A stretch of 64,000 nt of DNA from assembly GCA_011109175.1 (NCBI GenBank), contig RDEW01000002.1, forward strand, positions 996,676 to 1,060,675, in the 5' to 3' direction. Below are positions 13,421 to 24,560 of this stretch, piece after piece; within the stretch, counting starts at the first letter, position 1, and every line of letters starts with the position of its first letter. The notes under the pieces were generated by a model, which was not told the DNA's origin, searched no databases, and was given only the letters and a program-made list of their open reading frames with translations. This DNA comes from Dicyema japonicum. Lineage: Eukaryota; Animalia; Dicyemida. A program made the position numbers and the translations under genes.

Positions 13421-13999
13421 TTTGCATCACAAAACATATCTGACCACCATAAAATACTCAAATTAAACCTAATATGAATTTGAGAAGAAAATTAAAGGTT
13501 TTCAGATAAAACAAAATCTCCCATTTGAGAGATGGATGATATGACTTAATAAAGGGGATTGTGTTACGTTGAAGTGTCCAAGTCTAAAGGTAGGACCCAT
13601 TGGAGATATTCATTAAATTATTCCTTTTTTCTGAGAAACTAGTGGATATTGTTATGGATCTTGGTAAACAATTTCATCAAAAAAATCAGGTTGAATGAGT
13701 TTTTTCATGATTGTAAATTTTCTTACATGATTGTAGAATGAAGGACAAAAATGAGTGAAAAGTTGTAAAACAGATTCTTACAAATTTATCGTTTTTGATT
13801 CACGAGAAGAGCCAAATGAAAATGGGTTTACCTCTTTTTATTAGTGTACGTGTATTTTTGAATTTTGACGTTTTTGATTTAAATATCATTAGTACACCAT
13901 AATTACTCAAAAATTATTGATTGAAATGTATAAATCAATTGAAGCAATTAATTAGTAATGTCCTACAAGAATAGATCAAGAATTACCCGACCATTAGCG

Positions 14000-14250
14000 T
14001 CTCTCCGATGAATAGCGTATCTAAATTTTTTAAGAAAAAAAAAACTTTTTTTAATTTTCTCATTTTCAGACTCTCTCTAGAAACATAGTTTTTTCATGAA
14101 TAAATTCTCAATTGGATTGAGAAATAGCGAGTAATGGAACATGGAGAATGTCCGTATAATGATGAATACAGGAATTATCAAATATATCGGTTCTTCAATT
14201 ACCTCTTCGTAACAAAGATTTTTAAGGATTCCAGGAAAATTAGTCATTCA
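14000..14250 (-). mobile_element. Possible Tc1/IS630-like transposase remnant
   Basis: Minus strand encodes YS.FLNPIENLF, resembling the YSPxLNPIE motif. Confidence 0.35.
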
Positions 14251-14409
14251 TGCAATTTCTGGTTCTGATTTCCACAACAAGAATATGAGTAGAAGACCCT
14301 GAAATAGCTCTTCCTCGTCTTGGTCTTTAGGATAATAAAAATCAGAACTCATTATAAGTTTTCAAATGTTCTTTTATCCAAAAATTATTTACCCAATGTT
14401 AATGAGTAG

Positions 14410-14485
14410 AAAGTACGCTATTGATCGGGATGTTACGTTATTGGTCAGAAAGGTACGTTATCGGTAGGGGAAGTGACGTTAATTA
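14410..14485. repeat. Degenerate 20-bp tandem repeat, about 3.5 units
   Basis: Units AAAGTACGCTATTGATCGGG / ATGTTACGTTATTGGTCAGA / AAGGTACGTTATCGGTAGGG / GAAGTGACGTTAATT. Confidence 0.5.
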
Positions 14486-14559
14486 TCTAGAAACCAAATA
14501 TCTCTAAAAACTCAAATTAACTCTCTGCAATTGATGATGCAATATACATGGTTGGCGTT

Positions 14560-14770
14560 TGTGGGTTTTTTAAATGGAAATCAGACATCAGAGTAGCTCT
14601 TATAAAAGAATCCCAAATATAGAGCATCTGCTTAACCTTCACCAAGGTTACTGGTCTTTTAATAAAAAATACTTATTATATCAGTACTATTGTAATTATG
14701 GGAGGTGATAAATTGTTGACGGGGGTAAAATTTTTTTAATAGGAGCGATAAAAAAGGTTGAGAATAACTG
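14560..14770 (+). mobile_element. 3' end of a Buster/Charlie-like hAT element with its right TIR
   Basis: Residual ESDIRVAL..IPNIEHLL C-terminal motif across a frameshift. GGTTGAGAATAACTG at 14756-14770 reads CAGTTATTCTCAACC on the other strand, a Charlie-type TIR. Confidence 0.55.
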
Positions 14771-14982
14771 AGATAGATCATTAGATCAGCACAAAAAATC
14801 CAAAATTACTTATTATAAAAAACATATTTATATAGAAATAAAAAATTAATTATGGACTTGTCACTAAATTTAACAAATACAAAATCACAAAAGTAGAAAA
14901 TTTATTAAATTATGTATAAAATTGTTAAGCAGTGTGTAAACCATTATATAAATGTATGCATCAGATATCCATTAGGCGTATT

Positions 14983-15559
14983 ATGCTTGCAATAATAATA
15001 ATTATTACAAAAGTATTATCCACAGAACGTATTTTAAATATAACGTATTTAGACTGTTATAAAGGAACATGCTATTTGTTGGTAAAAACGGAATTAAATC
15101 AAGCTGATTCAATCGCATACTGCAAAAAGCTAAATATGGTTTTAGCAGTTATTCCCAGCCAACAAATAAATGAATATATTTTTAATAATCTTATTCTCCC
15201 TGACAAGGATACAAAGGACAAGAACATTAGATTCGGATTAGATGATCTTGCTAAAGAAGGTGAATATATTGATTCATATGGGCGTAAACAAGTTTAACAT
15301 TTTTAAATTTAAGAAATATTTTAACTGGTACCCAGGACAACCGGATGATGGCCAATATTTTGGAATTGACGAAGATATCGTTCATTTTTATAATAATACT
15401 GAAAAATGGAACGATAATATCTCTACTAAACTAATGATGTCCATATGCGGAACAAAAAGTCAAATATTTAATATAATGTTCATAGCCACCGATTTTAAAA
15501 ACGATTTTAAATCGAAAGAAATTGTCAAATCAAAACTCAAGGATGACTGCGAAACTTAA
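14983..15559 (+). CDS. Secreted C-type lectin-domain protein copy 2 (167 aa, 3 micro-introns)
   Basis: Introns of 24, 22 and 27 nt give a 504-nt open frame: signal peptide, CYKGTCYLLV, YCKKLNMVLAVI, FGLDDLAKEGEY, YFNWYPGQPD, WND, ICG. Confidence 0.9.
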
Positions 15560-15639
15560 TTATAATAATTTTTTACTAACAATTTTATTGTTCGAATATT
15601 TACAATAACATGACTCTTTAACTAATGCTTAAAACTAAA

Positions 15640-15779
15640 AGTTTGGAAAAACAATCGACTGTGTGGTTGCGAAGGTCGGGGATTCTGCAAGTGGTAAAGA
15701 CAAAAAATGGAACTTGATACAATCGCCGGATTTCTTGTCTTTAAATATGCAGTTGCCGACAGAGAAAACATGGATATTA
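15640..15779 (+). mobile_element. Older R4/Dong-like fragment, left part, split by the Ginger-like element
   Basis: Nucleotide match to about 19850-19990. Its continuation resumes at 21079. Confidence 0.8.
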
Positions 15780-15904
15780 TGTCGCGCACACAACGCGAGT
15801 AAATCATGTGTCAATCAATGTCATAACAAATTCACGCCCATGCCATTCGATAGTAGATTAGATAATATAATAACACTTTCGCCGAAATATTCGTAAATCT
15901 AAGG

Positions 15905-16800
15905 ATGCCTGCTATAAAGGTTATATAAAATGTTATGAGGAATATGAAATAATCGAACGCATTATTAAAGACCAAGTATTTCCAAGTACGAACAGGTTTA
16001 ATAAATTTCGTTACCAAAAAGGCATAATAATTTTTGTCTTTTACAAAAAGCAAGAAATTTAATGATGATCAACGACATGTATCTGAAAGATCAGAATGGA
16101 AATCACAAGCTTGTCATTTGTATAGACAATAAGATGGATGTTTTAACCTCAGCACTCCATAACCAGGCTCATCTTGGAATGAATAAAATAGAGGATCTCT
16201 GCAATAAACTACTTCCACATTAAAAGAAGTGTTATCCGCAGAGTAATTAATTCCTGTGAAATCTGTAAGTTTTCTACTCCTTAAAAAGTTTGTTTTGGTA
16301 ATATTTTAATAGTAAGAAATCATATCATTGCGCTAAAACCAAATGAAAGATTTCAAATAGATCTTATTGATCTGAAAAGATTTTATTCTGTCAACGATGA
16401 ATACAAATGGATGTCATGTAATTGATGTATTTCAAAGTTGGTCATAACAAGAAAATCAAAAAACAAATCTGGTTTTGAAGTAAGATGGTTAAAATCATAT
16501 ATTTAATTTATGTTTCAATGGAATTAAAAAGCATATTTTATGAATATAGGCCTTTTGATTTTACAATCAGACAATGGTACAGAATTTGAAAATTCTGATA
16601 TTCGGGTACTTACTAATTAATTTAATATTATACAAGTTCACGGAAGACCAAACAATCCTAGGTGTTCAGTTGTTTGTATGTATTTTTAAGGTATCATAGA
16701 ACGATTCAATCAAACCATTACACGGATTCTGTCAAAAATGATGGTATAAACGCTGAAAAATCTTGGATTCAAATGTTACCTAGTGCACTTATGTGTATAA
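15905..16800 (+). pseudogene. Decayed DDE integrase of the Ginger-like element, with HHCC finger and micro-introns
   Basis: LHNQAHLG...CEIC, FQIDLIDL, LQSDNGTEF, HGRPNNPR, IERFNQTI. Candidate GT-AG introns at 16288-16312 (25 nt) and 16664-16690 (27 nt). Several stops and frameshifts. Confidence 0.8.
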
Positions 16801-17399
16801 CATAACTACATTTTTCGAGCAGAAAAACATTTTTTGAGATGAATAGGGGCATTTCTGATTTTAATACTGCTACAATAAATGACGGTTGCCTTAATTTTCA
16901 AAATTTTGACATAGATTTGGAGAATGATATTTGCGAGACAGTAAATACTAATGTCGTTCTGTATGATGAGTTGTTAGAAAAAACAAATAATGAAGCTACA
17001 AAGTCTGTTTGTGAAATGAGTTACAAAAATGATTTTAAAATTAGAAAATTTTCAACCTAAGTTCATAAAACCAAATTTGAATTCACCTTATTTTAAGAGG
17101 ATGAACAAAAAGATGAATGTTCATCATGGTAAATACACGTTTTCTATAGGGGATCAAGTTTGTATTAAATAATTAAATGTAGGTTCGAGTTTTAAAAGAT
17201 TATGGAACTAATCCTTTTCTAAGGCTGAATAAATTTGAGAATCCATACAGTGAGAATGTAGAAGTCTTAAGTTTACTATAAAACAATCTTGTAGAGGTTA
17301 GAATGTAAAAAATATTTTTAGGTTTGTTTATCAACTGGTGAAAAAATTATTCCAATGCACATGGTCAAGAAAATATAATTAATTTTGATGTAATAATTT

Positions 17400-20300
17400 A
17401 TCTCTGGTTATCTTATTTCAGTAATTAATTGTGATATTGTTTGATATGATTTGGTGTTGTACATGTCCGTTTCTAATCATACCGAGAAATCAAATCCTAT
17501 GGGCCTTCCTGCAAAATCAAATAAGGAAGATAGTATAGTGGAAGCAGGACCGTCGTCTGTGGGGCTGGATAATGTCACAAGAACTAACATCAACATCGTT
17601 GGGAATATTGGTGCCAAAACCAACTTGCATTCACTATCTGCCATTATTGAAAAGGTCCACTGTGTCTCTGAAGCTGAGTGTATCTCAGATTTTTCTTGCC
17701 ACGAAACAAAGATTTGGAAGGATACCTAGAGGTGGTTGGAACCTCGTACTTAAAAAGTTCAATGAAAAGTACTCCAAGAGTTCCAGTCTATGTCAGCTAA
17801 AAAAGATGCTGAAACCTGAAAATCGGAGTAACAATGTAAAAGGAGGCGAATGTTTCAAAGTGCAAAATAATACTAATGTGGAAATTTCCACCTTCAGAAA
17901 TTGCCTTGAGGAACTAAAAGTACAAATTGAGAAAATTAAGTCAATTCCGAGGGATACTCGAAAACCAACACCCAAAATTCAGAGAAAGTATGTCAGAGTT
18001 AATGTTTTGTCGGGACTAAATTCTGCAATATATTATATTACGAAAGATAATCCGCCTCAAGATATCAATCAAATTACTGATATTCTATATGCTGCACAGT
18101 GTGCTTATATGGCTTTAACTGCGAAGGTTAAACCGCAGAGTACGTGGTAGGAGAACACTGAAAAGAAAATCTCAAAGCTGATGGCAGAACTAGAACTTGT
18201 CAATCGCTTTTCCAGACAAGCTCTCCCTGTGTATGAAAAACAAAAGGTTATGGATGTTCTTTGTGCCTATGGATACAAAAGGGCCAAAAAGGGGAGGTTG
18301 CCAGGATTGAGGCTCTACTATGTGACCTTGTAAGAATTAAGAAGAAGCAAATAGCTGTACATCATTCGAGGAAGGACTTTCGCAAGGACAACTGTTGTTT
18401 TGAATTAAATCGAAGAAGATTTTATCGGAACCTATCAGCAAGCAATGAAGTAACGTTATATGGTTTCGATGATGAGGATTGTATGTCGTTTTGGGAAAAA
18501 GTGTGGTCTAAAAGAAAAGAGATGAACGTGCCATATGACAGTGTGGGTAAAGTAAATACTGGTATTGAAGGCATGTTGCCAGAGTTCACAAATGAGTTTA
18601 TCCTGGATGTTATTAAATGGCTCCCTGATTGGAAGGCGTGTGGATGCGATGGCTCATATAACTTCTTTATTAAGAAAATGGAATCTTTACATGGCTTTTT
18701 ATGTACTGAGATTAACCGAATTATTAATGGGGAATATATGCCTGAAAGTTGGTTTTATACTGGAATAACCTATTTAATTCCTAAAAAGGATGATTGTGAG
18801 ACTCCTAATGACTTACGTCCTATCACGTGTATGCCAACTTTATATAAACTTATCCAAATGTGTTAATTCCAAACTCTCAGATTTTGTGGATTCGTTTGGG
18901 CTATTATCTGACAATCAGCTGGGAACGAGGAAACATTGTCAGGGCGCTAAGGAACAGGCCCTTATTAATCAATGCTTAAATAAGGAGTATGGAAACGCCC
19001 TTTATTCTGCTTGGGTGGATGTGAAGAAGGCCTTTGATTCTGTTGACCATGAATTTTTATTTCATGTATTGGACTGCTCAGGAATACCCCGTTGGATTGT
19101 AACTTTGTAAAGACCATAGTCAAGAAGTGGACTGTAAATCTCCACTTAGATGGAAGAAAAATTGGTTCTGTAAAACTGGGACGGGAATTTGCAAGGAGAT
19201 TCATTATCCCCTCAACTATTTGTTATGGTAACCCTTGAGCAGGACCCTTAACATGTTCCCAAGACTCCAAATTAATAAGGAGGATCTTAATACTGTGGCT
19301 TATTCTACAAATCATTTGTTGTTCATTGATGACCTAAAGATATTTGGGCAAAAGAAGATACTGTTATTAATATGATGAAAGTTGTTCCCGATTTCTTTCA
19401 TGTTGCCGGCTTGGAGATGAATTCGAAATAGTCAGTCTCTAATGTTACATCGTTATCATGTTGTGAGACTCTGGAAGGAGTTAATGGATATCGATATTTG
19501 GGTGTTTTGAAAACGAAAGAAGTAATGTTCTAAAAAACAAAGTTATGGAGTCCATACTTGAAAATGTTAAGAAAAGAATAACCATGTTTCAAAAACTAAG
19601 TTAAATTCTGCGAACTTATTTCGTGCAATAAATGAATACGCAATTTCCCTATATAACTATTATATTGGACTAATTAATATTGAACCTATGAATTTGATGA
19701 TATTGAGCAACAAATACGGCAACTGCTTACGTAAATCAAGTTGCACCTCAAACCTGCAAATAAAAAGAGGCTGTATTTGGACAGGAAGACTTTTGGAAGA
19801 GGATTTAACTCGATTTCGTTTAAGAGCGAATTAATACTTTTCCAGTTCCTTAAAAGTTTGGAAAAACAGTCGACTGTGTGTTTGCGAAGGTCGGGGATTC
19901 TGCGAGTAATAAAAAAAAAAATGGCACTTGGCTACAATCGCAGGATTTCTTGCCTCTAAATATGCAATTGCCGACAGGGAAAGCATGGATATTAAGTCCC
20001 TCAAGGACACTCAGAAAAAATATTTATTAAATAAAATTTATTGCAGAACACTACACTCAATTATGTTCAAATGTATTGATGAAACAAATGTCGACCTATA
20101 TACTTCCTCGGAATGGTTATCCAAAGGAAATAACGGCCCACGGAGCGAAGCATTGTACTGTCTTTTGCAAGATAGGAATTTGTTTTTTGCACACACGGGG
20201 TCATTATGCAACCATTGTAAAAAATGCAAGAAAACTGTTGATCATTTGGCCACTCAGTGTGGTAAAATGCTAAATAGTGATTATCTCCGAAGACATAATG

Positions 20301-20990
20301 AAGTGGTAAAGTGCATCCATCTTCATCTTTGTCGAATTTAGGGAATCAAAAGAAGCAGGAAATTGAAAGGACATTCGGTTCAGTCAATATTGACCAATCA
20401 AAATGTCGAAATAAGAGTTGACACGTCGATTTTGACAGAAACAAAAGTCCAATACAATAAACCTGATATTTTTGTGTATGACAAAACAAAGAAGGAAGTA
20501 ACTTTAATTGAAGTGGGGATTACCTCACAAGACCGACTAAAGCAAGTTGAAGTTGAGAAACTTTACAAATATGACTTGCTAGCAAATGAACTTTCGCTGC
20601 TCTATGAATGCCAAGTGAAGATTATTCCAGTGGTTTTGACATGGGATGGAGTTGTCTCAAGATGCTTCAAGAATCATATGGATAAACTATTTATTGAAGA
20701 ATCAACATCCAATCGTCGTGCTGAAGAGAACGCTCGAAAGTATGCTCATTGAACATGTGATGAAGGTATACGATGAAGAGTACGCCTCTGCTACCTCCCA
20801 ACTTGTGGAACTGGCATGCCGTGAGGATAGCCTACTGGACTCTAACGGAGATATTTTGACTGAATCTGATGTGGAGATGCAGAGTAACAGGGAAGTTATG
20901 GCACACTCTTCTTCTAAGAGAAGAAGAGGGATTACCAACAATCTGGATAAAAATACGCTTAATTAGTTAATTTACTCGTTATTATTATTT
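17400..20990 (+). mobile_element. Full-length but decayed R4/Dong-clade non-LTR retrotransposon (RT + CCHC + restriction-like endonuclease)
   Basis: RPITCMPTLYKL, WVDVKKAFDSVDH, QGDSLSPQLF, HLLFIDDLKIF, CNHCKKCKKTVDHLATQC, KPDIFVYD...LIEVG...EKLYKY. (TTA)n tail. TSD TAATAATTT at 17391-17399 and 20991-20999. Confidence 0.9.
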
Positions 20991-21073
20991 TAATAATTTG
21001 ATTTATGATTTTGACATTGATTGACACATGATTTGTTTATCGTTTTGCATAGTTGCTCACAGTGCGCGCGACA

Positions 21074-21640
21074 TGTTAGGTCCCTCAAAGACACTCAGAA
21101 AAAATATTTGTTAAAGAAAATTTATAGCATAACTATTTAGAATATCATTGTTCATGTGCATTCTAAAATAATGGCAAATAAATAATTTATTATGTCACGT
21201 CCATGGTGGTAACATTTCACCTGTCAATCAAACGGTTTTAGCTTTCAGATGTCATACTTAATGTGGCTTTTATCATTTTTGCTCGCATCGGACATGTATA
21301 ATATTTTTTGGTGTTATTCATCAATGTTCAACATGTGCTCTACAAAATGTTTATCTCTTTATATGATATTTGTCAAAAATATTATGGAATATCTATAGTG
21401 AGCATTCTAATCGTAAGCCTGTACAGAAATCTTCAAGAAGGCGAATACAAATAAATAAAAAATCCGAGAAATTTATTGTCATTGATGGTATACCTACGGA
21501 TACGGTTGTAACGAATAACAAACCCGATATTTTCGTTTATGATAAGACAAAAAATACGATTACTTTTGTTGAAATTGGTAACACTTCGCAAAACTGCCTC
21601 AAGCAGGTCGAGGTAGAAAAGTTCCACAAGTATGACCACT
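21074..21640 (+). mobile_element. Older R4/Dong-like fragment, right part (with deletions or filler)
   Basis: GGTCCCTCAAAGACACTCAGAAAAAATATTT matches about 19993-20025. NKPDIFVYDKTKNTITFVEIG endonuclease motif at about 21510-21640. Confidence 0.75.
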
Positions 21641-21669
21641 GACGAACGAACTTGATTATCCATAAAAAA

Positions 21670-21900
21670 ACTACAGAACAATTTTGATGTCTTGCCCCAA
21701 TTCATGTGATTAATTAGCATACCTATTCCTTTCCTCTTAAAATAAACTGCGTGTCTCTTCCTAAGTGGAGGTAAAAGTGGAAGAGGTAGATAAACTGATT
21801 TCAAAGCAAGGCTAAATAAGTTTCGGATATTTTATTGAATTGACCAAATTAAAAATTAAAAAAGTAGAAAATTTATTAAATTATGTATAAAATTGTTAAG
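21670..21900 (+). repeat. SINE-related segment upstream of lectin copy 3
   Basis: Aligns with 4215-4430. Confidence 0.7.
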
Positions 21901-21951
21901 CAGTGTGTAAACAATCATATAAATTATGTTTTGATGTCCATTAGGCGTATT

Positions 21952-22528
21952 ATGCTTGCAATAATAATAATTATTACAAAAGTATTATCCACAGAACGTA
22001 TTTTAAATATAAGTATTTAGACTGTTATAAAGGAACATGCTATTTGTTGGTAAAAAAGGAATTAAATCAAGCTGATTCAATCGCATACTGCAAAAAACTA
22101 AATATGATTTTAGCAGTTATTCCCAGCCAACAAATAAATGAATATATTTTTAATAATCTTATTCTCCCTGACAAGGATACAAAGGGCAAGCATATTAGAT
22201 TCGGACTAGATGATCTTGCCAAAGAAGGTGAATATATTGATTCATATGGGCGTAAACAAGTTTAAACGTTTTTAAATTTCAGAAATATTTCAACTGGTAC
22301 CCAGGACAACCGGATGATGGCCAATATTTTGGAATTGACGAAGACACCATTCATTTTTATAATAATACTGAAAAATGGAACGATCATATCTCAACTAAAT
22401 TAATGTTTTTTATATGCGGAACAAAAAGTCACCTATTTAATATATTATTCATAGCCACCGATTTTAAAAACGATTTTAAATCAAAAGAAATTGTCAAATC
22501 CAAACTCAAGGATGACTGCGAATTTTAA
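21952..22528 (+). CDS. Secreted C-type lectin-domain protein copy 3 (167 aa, 3 micro-introns)
   Basis: Introns of 23, 23 and 27 nt give a 504-nt open frame with the same motifs as copy 2. Confidence 0.9.
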
Positions 22529-22869
22529 TCATAATAATTCTTTTACTAACAATTTTATTGTAGAATCCCTACAATAACAATGACTCAAACTAAAACTTAA
22601 AACTACGTTAATTTCATAGCATAACTATTCTAAATTTTGATTATGATACATCATTGTTCACTGCACTCTAAATTAATATAAATGAATGCAATTATTGTAG
22701 AATCTAATTAAGCACCTAATGAGGCATTTATTTTGTTAATTTCTCTACGATAATTAACAGAAAACAAAATTTAAGCAAAATGCCGAGTTTTAGTTTTACG
22801 GAAAACACAATTAAATAAAAATTACTAATCGCTTCTAGCCCTTTGCTCTTAGAATAGGAGTCATTGATC

Positions 22870-23330
22870 CGAAACCCATCCGTTCCTCTTCAACCGTGTG
22901 TCTGGAACGTCATCGAACTGTTTTGCTAATACCACCAAGTGATTGGTTGCTGTAAAAAAATTTTTCTCGATTGTGCACCCCCATATTTATACTCCACCAA
23001 CATGCTCTCCAACGTCTTCTTGATGACGACGAATTGAATTTAGTTCTAGTTGTTGCCTTGGCTCCCAAATGAGATTTACAAGCCTTCGAAACGACATCTT
23101 CCCACATTAGAACAATAGGTATGACTTTGAAGGAGACTAATCAGTAGTTTGAACTTTCCAGCCAAATATCGTACTTATACAATTTTTATACTTCAATGTG
23201 CTTCAGTAATCATTGAGAAGTCAATTTCAATAAGTACAATTTCACTCTTCTCCTTATCGTGGACTAAAATATCAGGGATATCGAACCTGACCTGAATATC
23301 TATCTTTATGGAAATTCAAGTAATAATCAT
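22870..23330 (-). mobile_element. R4/Dong-like 3' fragment
   Basis: KVIPIVLMWEDVVSK and KKTLESMLVEY correspond to KIIPVVLTWDGVVSR and KRTLESMLIEH in the 17400-20990 element. Confidence 0.6.
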
Positions 23331-24419
23331 ACTCAGAATTTATCACTTTGGTCAATAAAACCAAAGTACTTTTATAGCATTTAATCGATACCGCTGGGGC
23401 GACTTTCACTAAGAATTTCACTTTACTTTCAACAATTTGATTTCTCATTTTTTTATTTTTTGAATATTCGTGAGTTCTAAAAAATTTATAAAAAAATTGA
23501 AAATTAGATTTTTATATGCTGTTATTTAGCAAATTTTATTAAAGTGACTAAATGAATAATTAATACCAAGCATAAATCATATTAATTTTTTGTCAAGTGT
23601 TTACAGGAATTCGGAAAGGAGAGCCCATTAGGTTTGCGATCATGCTGGTTGGATTATGGTACGTAACTTCGAAGAGACCAGAGAGTATTCAACTTTTCTG
23701 CACCAGATGGTTTGTCTACCCAGCAGTTGACAGAGATAATTTCACGGCTTAACGAATTGTATTTTATGGGAAGATTATGTTCTTAACAGAAATTGAAAAT
23801 TTTCTCTGCTATAATTTTTACCAATAAAATGACATATTTTTCGAAATTGACCAAATGGCATAAGATGTTGAACTGCATAAGTTACTATCCGTGGGCTGTG
23901 GACGAACTGTGTTTTTAGTTGATAATTCTTCAATTTAATCTTTGATGTTAATTGTATGTCGTGCAGTAGCAGGGTGAAGTGTGAGAGAGGTTCAATGCTC
24001 TCCCACAATCATTCTTTGAATGGGTTCCTGGAAATACATTGACTGGACGTTTTCTTACCTTCCTCTGGTTCTGGATAGACATGTCCACTTAGAAGTGTTT
24101 GTCTCCCATTGTCTACAAACATGTGAACTGAATATTCTTAATACAACCCAATATGCTAAAGTTGTATTACATCAATGATGACTAAGGATGGATTTACATA
24201 GATTATAAGCTAAGTTTAGATTATGGTAATAGTTTCTATTTCGCAAATTCATAACTTCTGATGTCTACCAACATCAGCTGCTGAATGACTGGAATAGTTT
24301 AAATTGTGGGATATTGGGGGAACAAGAATCATGCGCATTTTTTCTTCAAAATTAAAAATTCTAAATTAATTTTTTTATTACTAATATACATCATGTAGTA
24401 ACGTAATTAAATTAACACG

Positions 24420-24560
24420 AAGGTCCAGTCACTCGACAGATACGTGCTTGTGTGGGGTCGAGGGAGGAGCATCGGGCCAAGATGAGGTTCCTGCTAGTGC
24501 GTGCGGAGATCACGTGATTAGTTAGTTCGTGTAACCGTGGTCTCTGGTGTTATTATTATT
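24420..24560 (+). mobile_element. Short 3' end of the jockey/I-like family
   Basis: Aligns with about 2480-2600. GAGATCACGTGATTAGTTAGTTCGTGTAACCGTG. Confidence 0.7.

Larger units (their letters stand above)
15780..21073 (+). mobile_element. Ginger/TDD-like integrase DNA transposon containing a nested R4/Dong element
   Basis: Termini TGTCGCGCAC...GTGCGCGCGACA with a shared subterminal AAATCATGTGTCAATCAATGTCA in inverted orientation. 5-bp TSD TATTA/TGTTA (one mismatch). Confidence 0.85.

Noticed and set aside
17495-17580. HDV-like ribozyme at the R4 5' end
   Set aside because: Short complementary segments exist (CTTCC/GGAAG, CCTGC/GCAGG) but the nested double pseudoknot could not be completed by eye. 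An RNAmotif or Infernal search would be needed.
4800-22400. Diversity-generating retroelement (C-type lectin variable region next to reverse transcriptases)
   Set aside because: Differences among lectin copies are not adenine-specific (C/T, G/T and others), there is no non-coding template repeat, and the nearby RTs are ordinary non-LTR types.
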